NCBI GenBank assembly: GCA_963698035.1
Contig: OY969114.1
Span: 450,001-482,000 of the forward strand
Origin: Candidatus Saccharimonadota bacterium
GTDB lineage: Archaea; Micrarchaeota; Micrarchaeia; Micrarchaeales; Micrarchaeaceae
Direction of reading: 5' to 3'
DNA length: 32,000 nucleotides
Part shown: positions 24,380 to 32,000 of the stretch, piece by piece
How positions within the stretch are numbered: position 1 is the first letter of the stretch
Layout: the number at the start of each line of letters is the position of its first letter
Made by a program: the position numbers and the translations under genes
Notes under the pieces: generated by a model
The model's database searches: none
The model's input: only the letters and a program-made list of their open reading frames with translations
What the model was told of the DNA's origin: nothing

Positions 24380-25414
24380 ATGGAGCTTGTAGACAGTGCA
24401 TTGAGCATGAACTCGAGCACATCGGATGAATTATTCAAGGCGCGCATAGCGGTATGCGGTGTAGGCGGAGGAGGCAGCAACACCGTGCAGAGGCTCAGCA
24501 GGATGGGGATAAAGGGTGCGAGTCTGATAGCGATAAACACGGACAGGAAGCATCTCAATACGCTAGACCCAAGCATAAGGCGCATACTCATAGGAGAGGC
24601 GCTGACAAGGGGCCTAGGCGCAGGAGGGTTCCCAGAGGTGGCAAACAAAGCCGCCCAGGCTGCAAAGAATGAGCTCGAGAGCGCCCTGCAGGATTACAAT
24701 CTGGTATTTGTCACAGCCGGGATGGGGGGCGGAACCGGAACTGGGGCGTCGCCCGTCGCAGCCGAGATAGCGAAGAAGGGAGGCGCAATCGTCATAGGAA
24801 TAGTCACATTCCCATTCGCGCTTGAGAGGGTGAGAATACAGGTTGCGAAGAAGGGGCTCGAGTCGCTGAGAAACAATATAGACACGCTGATAGTGATCGA
24901 CAACCAGAGGCTCGTCGATCTATATCCCAACGTCGCGATGGAGCAGGCTTTCAAGATCGCGGACGAGGTGACTGCAAGGGCTGTCAGGGGAATAACAGAG
25001 ACGATAAACACGCCGAGCCTGATAAACCTTGATTATGCTGACGTAAGGACTGTTATGGGATCCGGAGGCCTCGCTATGATAAGCGTAGGTGAGGGGACGG
25101 GACCGAATAAGATAGAGGATGTGGTGCGGGACACTCTCAAGAACAAGCTGCTCGACGTCGACTATGAGGGCGCGACCAGCGTGCTCCTCCACATAACCGG
25201 CGGAGAGGACCTGACACTCGGAGAGGCAAACGAGATAGGGACCAAGCTTACCGAGATGACCGCGCCGAACGCCACGGTCGTATGGGGTGCGAGGATTGAC
25301 CCCACATACAACGGAAAGGTGGAGGCGATAGCGATATTCACAGGTGTGAAAAGCGAATCGATAATGGGCACAAATAAGGTAAGCACGAACGATTACGGCA
25401 TCGGAAGCCTATAA
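24380..25414 (+). CDS. ftsZ: Cell division GTPase FtsZ
   Basis: [10 protein letters not shown] and the tubulin signature [12 protein letters not shown]. The ATG at 24380 is preferred because it follows TTTATAA (24344-24350) and GGTGG. The ORF is open from 24311. Confidence 0.93.
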   Translation: MELVDSALSMNSSTSDELFKARIAVCGVGGGGSNTVQRLSRMGIKGASLIAINTDRKHLNTLDPSIRRILIGEALTRGLGAGGFPEVANKAAQAAKNELESALQDYNLVFVTAGMGGGTGTGASPVAAEIAKKGGAIVIGIVTFPFALERVRIQVAKKGLESLRNNIDTLIVIDNQRLVDLYPNVAMEQAFKIADEVTARAVRGITETINTPSLINLDYADVRTVMGSGGLAMISVGEGTGPNKIEDVVRDTLKNKLLDVDYEGATSVLLHITGGEDLTLGEANEIGTKLTEMTAPNATVVWGARIDPTYNGKVEAIAIFTGVKSESIMGTNKVSTNDYGIGSL

Positions 25415-27718
25415 TTCGGTAACCACCGTAGAGCCGCCAGCCGCCTTGTCCCTGTCGAATTGGTAGATCTTTGCGGATGCTATCTGCTTCAGGCTGTCGT
25501 CGTGGGTTATTATGAAGACCTGTTCTACCACGCGCGGCAGCGCGTCGCTCAGAACGCTTATCAGTTTCGCTATGCCGTTTGAATCTACGTTGTGGGTCGG
25601 CTCATCTAGTATAAGCCACCGGAGGTTCGGCACGATCACCATGGAGAGCGCTATCCGCATCGCAAGGCACGCTATGCTGCGCTCCCCCCCGCTTGCTGTA
25701 GCGTCGACAGGAACCCATTCTTCAGTCCCACCTATGCTTATGCAGCTCTCGAGAAGGTAATCGTCTGGCCGCGCCTCAAGTCGGAGCCCCGTGTAATCCT
25801 CATACGGGTATATCTCTGGCCAGATGCTCTGCAGCAGGCTGTTTATCGAGCGGATGAGCCGCGTCCTGAGCATCGCCGCGGTCTCGGTGAGAGCGGACTT
25901 GAAAAGGTTTAGGCTCTTTACAAGCGACCTTCTTGACTCAGCTCTCTGCTCAAGCTCCCTTATTCCGTCTATCTGCTTTACAAGGGATGATATCCCGGAG
26001 TCAAGCGTGGCTATCTGCCTGTCGTTCCCTGTGACTACCGCGCCGAGGTTGGCCAGCGTAGCGCTCTCCTTCGCAAGCGAGTCCTGCAGGAAGTCCATCT
26101 CGTCCTGGCTCACCTTTATCGAATCAACTTCAATGCGGCTCTTCTCCGCGAGCTCCGAATATCTTTTTAAATCTGCCTCGTGCTCCAGCCTCTTCTTGAA
26201 GAGCTCCGATGCCGCCCCCAGTTTCTGTATCTTCTCGAGCAGCGATTCACGTTCCGACTTCGCCCTCTTCAACGCATCTGCAAGCTCGGCAGCCTCCTTA
26301 TCCACCGACTTGAGCTTTGCGGAGTTCGCCTTTACCGCATCGTCCATATTCAAGTAGTCCTTCAGCCTGCTGGCGGCGAGCTCCAGAGATGCCCTCTCGT
26401 CATCAAGCCTCTTTATCGCGGATCTCTTCTCCGATATCGCCTTTGAGGATTCGTCTGCAGAGCTCTTCAGGGCCCTCATCTCGCCATCCTTTATCGCCAT
26501 GAGCTTGCTCCGCAGCGCATCATCGAGCTCCCTCTCGCAGACGGGGCACTTTGCAAGGTGCTTTTTCAGCTCCTTCATATATAAGTCGATATCCGAGAGC
26601 CTGCTCCGCGCCTCCGCCTCAATATTTATCAGTTCTGCAAGCGTGGAGTTGTGCTCCTCCAGCGCCCTCTTCAACGATGCAGGGTCTTTCCCCTTCAGCT
26701 GCGCCAGCAGGATGTCTCTTTCCTGGGCTCTCTTCCGGTCATTTGATAGGAGCGCCTCGAGCACGGAGGCCACCTTGAGGAGCTCCTTCTCCCTCCTCTC
26801 TCCCTCTACTATCGCCTCCCTCAGCTGCCTCTCCCCCGCCCCGGAAGATGCGCTCTCATTTTTCAGCCCCGCTGCATCGATGCCCTTCGTAGCAGAATCT
26901 ATCTTCTCGGTCTCTGCCTTCAGAATCTGGAGCTTTCCGCCTATCTCTATTAGCTGCCTGGACAGCTCCTCCTTCCTTCTATAGGCCTTCCTCTGCTCCT
27001 CTATCTTGGAGGTCAGCCCCTTATGCAGCTTGCTCTGTTTTTCGTACTGCGCCTTAAGCCCCTCCTGCGCCTCCACTATCGCTTCCTTCTCTGCAGCGTC
27101 CTTCTCCAGCTGCTTCTTGAGCGACGCGACGTCCATTCCCGACAGCATTTTTTCCCCGTCCGATATCATCGACTTGAGGTTGTTTATTAGGGAGGTGCAG
27201 TTCTCCTCCGCGGTTGAGAAGTGGTCCAGCCCCAGCATTCCGTCGATCTGCTTCTTCCTGTCGCCTTTCGGTATGCTCAGGAAGTAATCAATCCCGTTCT
27301 GCTCCGCATATATCGCCTTAGTGAAGGTGTCATAGTCGACCTTCAGGAGTCCGCATATCTCCTCATTCACGCGCTGCGGCTGCGTCTGCAGGCATTCCCC
27401 ATTCTTCTCCAGCCTGGCCAACGCGCTGCCCGATGAAGAGAATCGCCTTGTTACCGCGTAGCTGTCGCTTCCCATCAGAAAAGAGAGCCTGACCTCCGCC
27501 TCATCCTCTTTCTTTGGTCTGTTCTTTATCGCATTCTCAAGCTTGAGCCTCCTCTGCTTCAGCGCGGGGTAGGTGCCGTAGAGGGCGAAGCAGATTGCAT
27601 CCATCACCGAGCTCTTGCCGGCCCCCATTATACCGATAAGCACGTTCACTCCCTTCCGGAAGGAGAGCTTTGTCTGACTATGCGTCTTCCAGTTGTATAG
27701 TTCTATTCCGCTCAGCAT
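25409..27718 (-). CDS. rad50: Rad50-type SMC-like ATPase with zinc hook
   Basis: Walker A GIMGAGKSS; a long Glu/Lys/Leu-rich coiled-coil middle; central CPVC hook (KCPVCEREL); signature ASGGER; Walker B LILDEPT; ITHD at the C-terminus. Confidence 0.88.
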   Translation of the reverse strand: MLSGIELYNWKTHSQTKLSFRKGVNVLIGIMGAGKSSVMDAICFALYGTYPALKQRRLKLENAIKNRPKKEDEAEVRLSFLMGSDSYAVTRRFSSSGSALARLEKNGECLQTQPQRVNEEICGLLKVDYDTFTKAIYAEQNGIDYFLSIPKGDRKKQIDGMLGLDHFSTAEENCTSLINNLKSMISDGEKMLSGMDVASLKKQLEKDAAEKEAIVEAQEGLKAQYEKQSKLHKGLTSKIEEQRKAYRRKEELSRQLIEIGGKLQILKAETEKIDSATKGIDAAGLKNESASSGAGERQLREAIVEGERREKELLKVASVLEALLSNDRKRAQERDILLAQLKGKDPASLKRALEEHNSTLAELINIEAEARSRLSDIDLYMKELKKHLAKCPVCERELDDALRSKLMAIKDGEMRALKSSADESSKAISEKRSAIKRLDDERASLELAASRLKDYLNMDDAVKANSAKLKSVDKEAAELADALKRAKSERESLLEKIQKLGAASELFKKRLEHEADLKRYSELAEKSRIEVDSIKVSQDEMDFLQDSLAKESATLANLGAVVTGNDRQIATLDSGISSLVKQIDGIRELEQRAESRRSLVKSLNLFKSALTETAAMLRTRLIRSINSLLQSIWPEIYPYEDYTGLRLEARPDDYLLESCISIGGTEEWVPVDATASGGERSIACLAMRIALSMVIVPNLRWLILDEPTHNVDSNGIAKLISVLSDALPRVVEQVFIITHDDSLKQIASAKIYQFDRDKAAGGSTVVTEL

Positions 27719-27783
27719 AAAATCAGGGGAATTATATGTCCTGTTAAAATTATTTAAGGGTTGCGCAGGATATGGATGATAAG

Positions 27784-28032
27784 CTAAATCAGGCTTTCGT
27801 CCTCCACTTCGACTTCCCCGACCAAGTCACTCTTCTTTATCTGCTCCTCAATCTTCGAGGAGCTGTTCTGCGTGTCATCAAAGACGAACCTCGCCTTCAG
27901 CACCTTTATGCCGAATGCAACATCCATGGGCTGCACCGCTACCGGGTCCATTCCCTTTATCACTGCCGCCAATGCCTCTATCGCAACCCCGTCAGCCGGG
28001 TAAATCTTAAAGGTTACAGATGCTCTGGACAT
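27784..28032 (-). CDS. ef1b: Elongation factor aEF-1 beta
   Basis: 82 aa. VTFKIYPADGVAIEALAAVIKGM…VAFGIKVLKARFVFDD…IEEQIKKSDLVGEVEVEDE fits aEF-1beta. The ATG at 28032 overlaps the upstream stop (TGATG). Confidence 0.85.
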   Translation of the reverse strand: MSRASVTFKIYPADGVAIEALAAVIKGMDPVAVQPMDVAFGIKVLKARFVFDDTQNSSSKIEEQIKKSDLVGEVEVEDESLI

Positions 28033-28202
28033 CAAGGACCCTCAAATCCGCACTCTTTGCACTTGTATATGTTGGATATCTCGCGGCAGTGGTAGCACCT
28101 TATTACGGTGCCCTTCCCGCACTTCGGGCACTTGAATTCGGTATACTCGCTCGTAAGCCTGCCGCACGACACGCATTCCTTGCCGGGTAAAATAGGAATC
28201 AA
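28032..28202 (-). CDS. Small double Zn-ribbon protein (COG2888-like, usual neighbour of aEF-1beta)
   Basis: CVSCG…CPKCG…CYHC…CKECG gives four CxxC pairs in about 56 aa. The proposed TTG start at 28202 follows AGAAGGTG and a minus-strand TTTTATAA box at about 28222-28229. The longer track ORF to 28289 overlaps the upstream gene. Confidence 0.7.
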   Translation of the reverse strand: MIPILPGKECVSCGRLTSEYTEFKCPKCGKGTVIRCYHCREISNIYKCKECGFEGP

Positions 28203-28239
28203 AACACCTTCTAGCACTCTCTTATAAAAGCATTTAAGG

Positions 28240-30075
28240 CTATCGCCTGCGCCTTCTTCTTCTTGCGCCTGCCTTTCTCTGCCTTGCATGCTTCGTGATA
28301 TTTGAGAGCTTTAGCAGTATAATGAAGTCCACCGCGAGTATGACAACCACGATAATGAGTATGATGTATACTAGGGCCCGGATGCCGCCCAAATTCGATA
28401 CCGGCTTGGTCGTCTGCGCAATCGTGGTCGTTGTCGGTCCGGGAGCAAGGTTCTTGTATATCACCATGCTGTCGTTGCCCATCTGCTGCGCGAGCACTGC
28501 CGCTGTATAAGCCTGCAATGCATAACCGTGGGCCGTTGTGGCGTTGGACGTCAACTGCGATTCATGTACGAAAAACTCCGCCTCGTTGGAGTACTGAGTT
28601 GCCCATGCCCCGTATGTTGAGTTTACGGCGATAGCGAGCGACATGCTGTTAAGCTGCGAGGTGCTGGCGTTTGCCTCGTAGAGGCCCGAAAGGCCGTCAG
28701 CATACGCGTAATCCGCATCGACTATGGCAAGCGGATAGTTGTATGCGCTGTATGCATTTTCTGCCGTGTCAAGATACATGTTGACGCCATAAGACGACGC
28801 CCTATTTATCCTGGACTGCGCGATGGAGGATAGATTCTGGGATGCAGATGCGCTAGCCCCGCCAACGGATGATGCAGAGCCGTACATGTAGTTGGCTGCA
28901 TGGCACCACCCCTCCGATTCTCCCGCGCCGTAGAGCGATGAGAGAACCTCGTCAGTGTCGAACGAGCTTGAGTTGTAAGCACTTATGGCAGCGGACGACG
29001 TATAAGTCCCCCAGCTCTGCCTTAGCTCTCCCTGTACCACCCACTCACAGTTCTGTGTAGTCAACCGCGGTGGAGCCAGCGCGCTGCAGTAGTTGTAGGT
29101 CTGCTGGAGTGTCGTGAGCCCGCTTGCCACGGTGGCATTGCCGTTTGAGAAGTAGAATGCGTTTATGTAGGTGAGGAAGCTCACGTCGCCAGCGACATAA
29201 AGGTAGCCCTTTGATGCTATGCTCTTGCTCTGGTTGACCTCCTGCTGCATCTGCGCCACAGTAATGGGGTAGAGATTGGACGGGACCACGGATATCTGCG
29301 CGGCAGTCGAGTTTATGGTGTAGTTCGCGAGCCCTGCGAAGGGCGCCATGGAGCATCCGTTGCTGCAGCTGATGTTCGCCTGCAGCACAAGTGGGACCTG
29401 AAGGCTTGTATAAAGCTCGAGCGTAGTCGACTGGCCCGCTATAGATCTCTTGCCGAATGCGTACTGGGCCGCTGCGCTTATGTTTACAACCTGGACCAAC
29501 GGAATTCCGAAACGGCCCTGCACAAGGTAATAGAGCTCGTTCTCCTGGCTGCTCTGCGGAACAGCGGGTACCAAAATAAACTCCATCCCGGCATTCGCAG
29601 CCGCTGCGCTCTTATCGTACACACCTCCTATCGCCCCCACGGCTCCGTTGTTTATAGTTCCTGTTATAGTGAAATTTGGGACCAGCGCAGTCTTCGATAG
29701 TACGGATATAGCAAGTATCGTCATGGCAGCTCCGGCGCTAGGCCCCGACACATTCGCATCCCGCTCGTCTATGTTGTAGACGAAGTTATACTGACTGAAG
29801 TTCTTGCCTAGGAAGCTCGAGGCGTACATTGCGGCCGACTCCGCGGACTGCTGCGTATTGTTCGCAACGTACGCAGGCCCAGTGATGGTGACGGACCCTC
29901 CGCCCTGTGTCACCGTCAGGGATATCCTTGTGAGCTGCCCTGTATTGTTCGCAAGGTTGACCGATGGCGCCAATATTGATGCGCTGCCTACTGCGAACTG
30001 CGCAGCCGTGCACTGCGCCAGGAAGCCCAGAACCATAAGCAGCGGCAGTAGATAGAGTACTCTTGCTCGAAGCAT
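28240..30075 (-). CDS. Exported, C-terminally membrane-anchored Lon-type (S16) Ser-Lys protease domain protein with a large uncharacterised region
   Basis: Signal-peptide-like N-terminus (LYLLPLLMVLGFLAQCTAAQ). VSGPSAGAAMTILAISVL, with IGGVYDKSAAAANAGMEFILVP 42 residues later, mirrors the Lon catalytic Ser and Lys motifs (DGPSAG ... IGGxxEKxxAAxxAG). There is no AAA+ module. About 380 aa of Ala/Ser/Tyr/Asn-rich sequence carries many sequons. The C-terminus is a TM helix plus ARRRRRRR. Confidence 0.7.
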   Translation of the reverse strand: MLRARVLYLLPLLMVLGFLAQCTAAQFAVGSASILAPSVNLANNTGQLTRISLTVTQGGGSVTITGPAYVANNTQQSAESAAMYASSFLGKNFSQYNFVYNIDERDANVSGPSAGAAMTILAISVLSKTALVPNFTITGTINNGAVGAIGGVYDKSAAAANAGMEFILVPAVPQSSQENELYYLVQGRFGIPLVQVVNISAAAQYAFGKRSIAGQSTTLELYTSLQVPLVLQANISCSNGCSMAPFAGLANYTINSTAAQISVVPSNLYPITVAQMQQEVNQSKSIASKGYLYVAGDVSFLTYINAFYFSNGNATVASGLTTLQQTYNYCSALAPPRLTTQNCEWVVQGELRQSWGTYTSSAAISAYNSSSFDTDEVLSSLYGAGESEGWCHAANYMYGSASSVGGASASASQNLSSIAQSRINRASSYGVNMYLDTAENAYSAYNYPLAIVDADYAYADGLSGLYEANASTSQLNSMSLAIAVNSTYGAWATQYSNEAEFFVHESQLTSNATTAHGYALQAYTAAVLAQQMGNDSMVIYKNLAPGPTTTTIAQTTKPVSNLGGIRALVYIILIIVVVILAVDFIILLKLSNITKHARQRKAGARRRRRRR

Positions 30076-30160
30076 TAAACCAGATTAACATCAAGATAAA
30101 TGTATAAAAGGGTTTTGTATCTCCTGTTCATTAGAAAATTGGACTCCCAACTCTTACTGT

Positions 30161-31150
30161 TCATACATGCAGTATACTGAAAAGTATCGCGTATGCAGAC
30201 ATACCTATGGCGATGCCGAAGAGCAGCGGCGGTATCGCTGGAAGCGCCCTTTTGTAGCGCCTGAGTATGTGGGTCGTAAGAAGCAGACCGAATATCGCGC
30301 CGAATATGATGAAGAAGCTCAGCACGAAGTTGAGCGTGACTTCGTACGCAGCTATGGCCACCATCAACGGTATTGCAAAGTCGCCGGTGCCGAGCTCAAC
30401 CCTCGCAACAACCGGCAGCATGCCATTTCTGTAGAGCCGAGAGAGAGTTGGATTTTTTGATATGTCGGGTCCCTCTTTCTTGTAGTCTTCCAGCTCCTTC
30501 TTGCTGAAATCGCTCCTTGGCAGAGCTTCGAACTCGCTTACGCCTACCAGGAAAGCGAGGTTCCTCGACGACATCGCCTTTGCCATGGTAATCATGTGCT
30601 TGGTTACGAAGACGGCTATGAAGTCGTAGGCTGCGAGTATGACCATGAAGATGATGGCCGCAAGGAAGCTGAAGCTTATCCCGAGGATGAGCCCCACCCC
30701 GATGCTTGCTATTATCGCAGTAGCATTCCTAAGCTTGGGCCACTTGTTCTTTGCTAGCACAAGCAGGAGCGCGCCGCCTATGCCGGCCACCAAGTTTGCC
30801 GTTATGCCCGTGCCCGCCAGATTGAACAGTGTAGAGGTGCTGATAGTGCCGAATATTACCAGGAAGACGAAGAATGAGGATATGAACACCACGGCACCTT
30901 CGAGAATCATGAAGAACTTATTTCCCCTGTATATTCTGAATAAGAATATCAGCACGACGCTGAATATCACTATATAAATGATGTAGAAGAGGGCACCTAC
31001 CGCCGACGAGACGACCTGCACGCTCTTGACCTGTTGGTAGGTGGAGCCACTGAAGACCATGCTCGCGAGCAACAGGCCGAAGAACTGCACGATCATGAAC
31101 ATTGCAAGTATCTGCAACAGCTGCCTGTTCTCTATGACCCTAAGAGGCAA
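30161..31150 (-). CDS. Presenilin/signal-peptide-peptidase-like intramembrane aspartyl protease (A22 family homolog)
   Basis: Polytopic, 329 aa. It has a YD motif (LAAYDFIAVF), a GxGD motif (ELGTGDFAIPL) and a PAL-like ALPAIPPL near the C-terminus, in the canonical order. Confidence 0.7.
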   Translation of the reverse strand: MPLRVIENRQLLQILAMFMIVQFFGLLLASMVFSGSTYQQVKSVQVVSSAVGALFYIIYIVIFSVVLIFLFRIYRGNKFFMILEGAVVFISSFFVFLVIFGTISTSTLFNLAGTGITANLVAGIGGALLLVLAKNKWPKLRNATAIIASIGVGLILGISFSFLAAIIFMVILAAYDFIAVFVTKHMITMAKAMSSRNLAFLVGVSEFEALPRSDFSKKELEDYKKEGPDISKNPTLSRLYRNGMLPVVARVELGTGDFAIPLMVAIAAYEVTLNFVLSFFIIFGAIFGLLLTTHILRRYKRALPAIPPLLFGIAIGMSAYAILFSILHV

Positions 31151-31158
31151 CCTTACAC

Positions 31159-32000
31159 CTACTCACTTTCGTGCCTTATGATTTTTATAATGCCAGGTTT
31201 TGGCCTGAATATATCGCCGCTTCTCTCAAGCTCCACTATATACTTATTGACAGTGGCAGCGTCCACTCCCGCTTTCTCGGCCTCCTCCACCAGCCTCTGC
31301 ATCTTCGCGCTGCCTTCGTCCGCCTCGAGCTTCCTTATTATGTTGAGCATCGTGTTTATCTTGTCAACCTTCTCCCTGGGCATGCCGGTTATTATCGCGT
31401 CGATGTCGTACCTGCCTCCACGATCCACAAGAAGCGTCTTAAGCATGAACTCGTTCAGTGATATCGCCACCTCCGCGTCGGCTATCTCCACCACTGACGA
31501 GAGCCTCGACTTGGCGCTCGCCTCAGCCATCCTTATTATTCCCTCTATCTGCCTCGGCGTTATTGGTGTGGCTCCCTGCTTCGCCCCCAGCTTCCTGAGA
31601 TCTATATAGTACTCCTGTATCCTCTTTGACGCCTCGACCATTATCCTCGGGAAAATGTTCTTCCTCGCATATGCTATGTACTTTCTGACGAACTCCCCCT
31701 CGATAGGCGGCCTCTCCACCTGCTCGTACTCCTGCACCTCAGATATCCTTGCCCCCGCAGCCTCGTGCTGCAGCAGTATGTGCCTAGCTATGCTTTTGTC
31801 CAGCTCGCTGTCCATTATGTCCCTTATCGGGAATATGAGGTCGAATCTTGAGAGAAGTGTAGGTGGTATGTCGAACTGCTCAGCAGGATATGCATTCGGG
31901 TCGAACCTTCCGAATTTGGGGTTTGCGGCTGCAAGCACCGCAGACCTCGCGGTGAAGGTCGCAATTATGCCCGCCTTCGCGACGCTGATTGTCTGAGACT
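31159..32000 (-). CDS. mcm: MCM replicative helicase, C-terminal part (5' end lies beyond the right edge)
   Basis: Own translation to the window edge gives …QTISVAKAGIIATFTARSAVLAAANPKFGRFD…PPTLLSRFDLIF…, which contains the MCM sensor and arginine-finger region. The track's M at 31938 is an internal GTG. Confidence 0.92.
   Translation of the reverse strand, partial: SQTISVAKAGIIATFTARSAVLAAANPKFGRFDPNAYPAEQFDIPPTLLSRFDLIFPIRDIMDSELDKSIARHILLQHEAAGARISEVQEYEQVERPPIEGEFVRKYIAYARKNIFPRIMVEASKRIQEYYIDLRKLGAKQGATPITPRQIEGIIRMAEASAKSRLSSVVEIADAEVAISLNEFMLKTLLVDRGGRYDIDAIITGMPREKVDKINTMLNIIRKLEADEGSAKMQRLVEEAEKAGVDAATVNKYIVELERSGDIFRPKPGIIKIIRHESE

Noticed and set aside
25824-26984. Several Ser-rich plus-strand ORFs (177 aa, 161 aa and others)
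   Set aside because: They are antisense to the Glu/Lys/Leu-rich coiled coil of rad50. Antisense of GAA/AAG-rich codons naturally yields Ser/Phe/Leu runs without stops.
31034-31609. 191-aa plus-strand ORF
   Set aside because: It is antisense to the presenilin-like gene and mcm and has no motif.
1-32000. Mobile elements, prophage, toxin-antitoxin or defence systems
   Set aside because: I recognised no transposase, integrase, terminal inverted repeats, nuclease-helicase defence modules or small paired toxin/antitoxin ORFs. Apart from the pilin array, the window is core informational and metabolic genes.

Overview
The window is archaeal, dense and mostly housekeeping. Family calls rest on motifs I read in the translations; I ran no database or HMM search.

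**Left part**
- A TatD-like gene fragment runs off the left edge.
- An exported CxxC (DUF929-like) protein is translationally coupled to a 4-TM protein with a GCGCS motif.
- A tandem V4R protein and secY follow.
- An unlisted L41e gene abuts the secY stop on the opposite strand.
- Next come a sequon-rich exported protein and a minus-strand trx-hisS-orf170-membrane protein run.

**Middle part**
- A candidate C/D box sRNA sits upstream of a histone / Zn-ribbon / PRC-barrel operon.
- A long minus-strand run is the archaeal exosome superoperon: cdc6, rnp3 and rnp2, then psmA, SBDS, rrp4, rrp41, rrp42, rpl37ae, an unknown 119-aa ORF, and an apparently frameshifted rpoP.
- aIF-1A and aIF-2beta lie beyond it.

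**The one accessory-looking region (17.1-22.8 kb)**
- There are five paralogous class-III-signal-peptide (type IV pilin-like) genes.
- Four form a roughly 700-bp head-to-tail array, and its last two units are identical.
- Every junction carries a ~94-nt relic of the neighbouring dph2 gene, ending at the next unit's TATA box.
- SRP RNA, tRNA-Ser(GCU), nudix and gdhA separate the fifth copy from the array.

**Right part**
- dph2, rpl10e, ftsZ, and rad50 with no adjacent mre11.
- aEF-1beta and a small Zn-ribbon protein.
- An exported Lon-type (S16) protease, a presenilin/SPP-like protease, and a truncated mcm.

I saw no CRISPR array, transposase or integrase.
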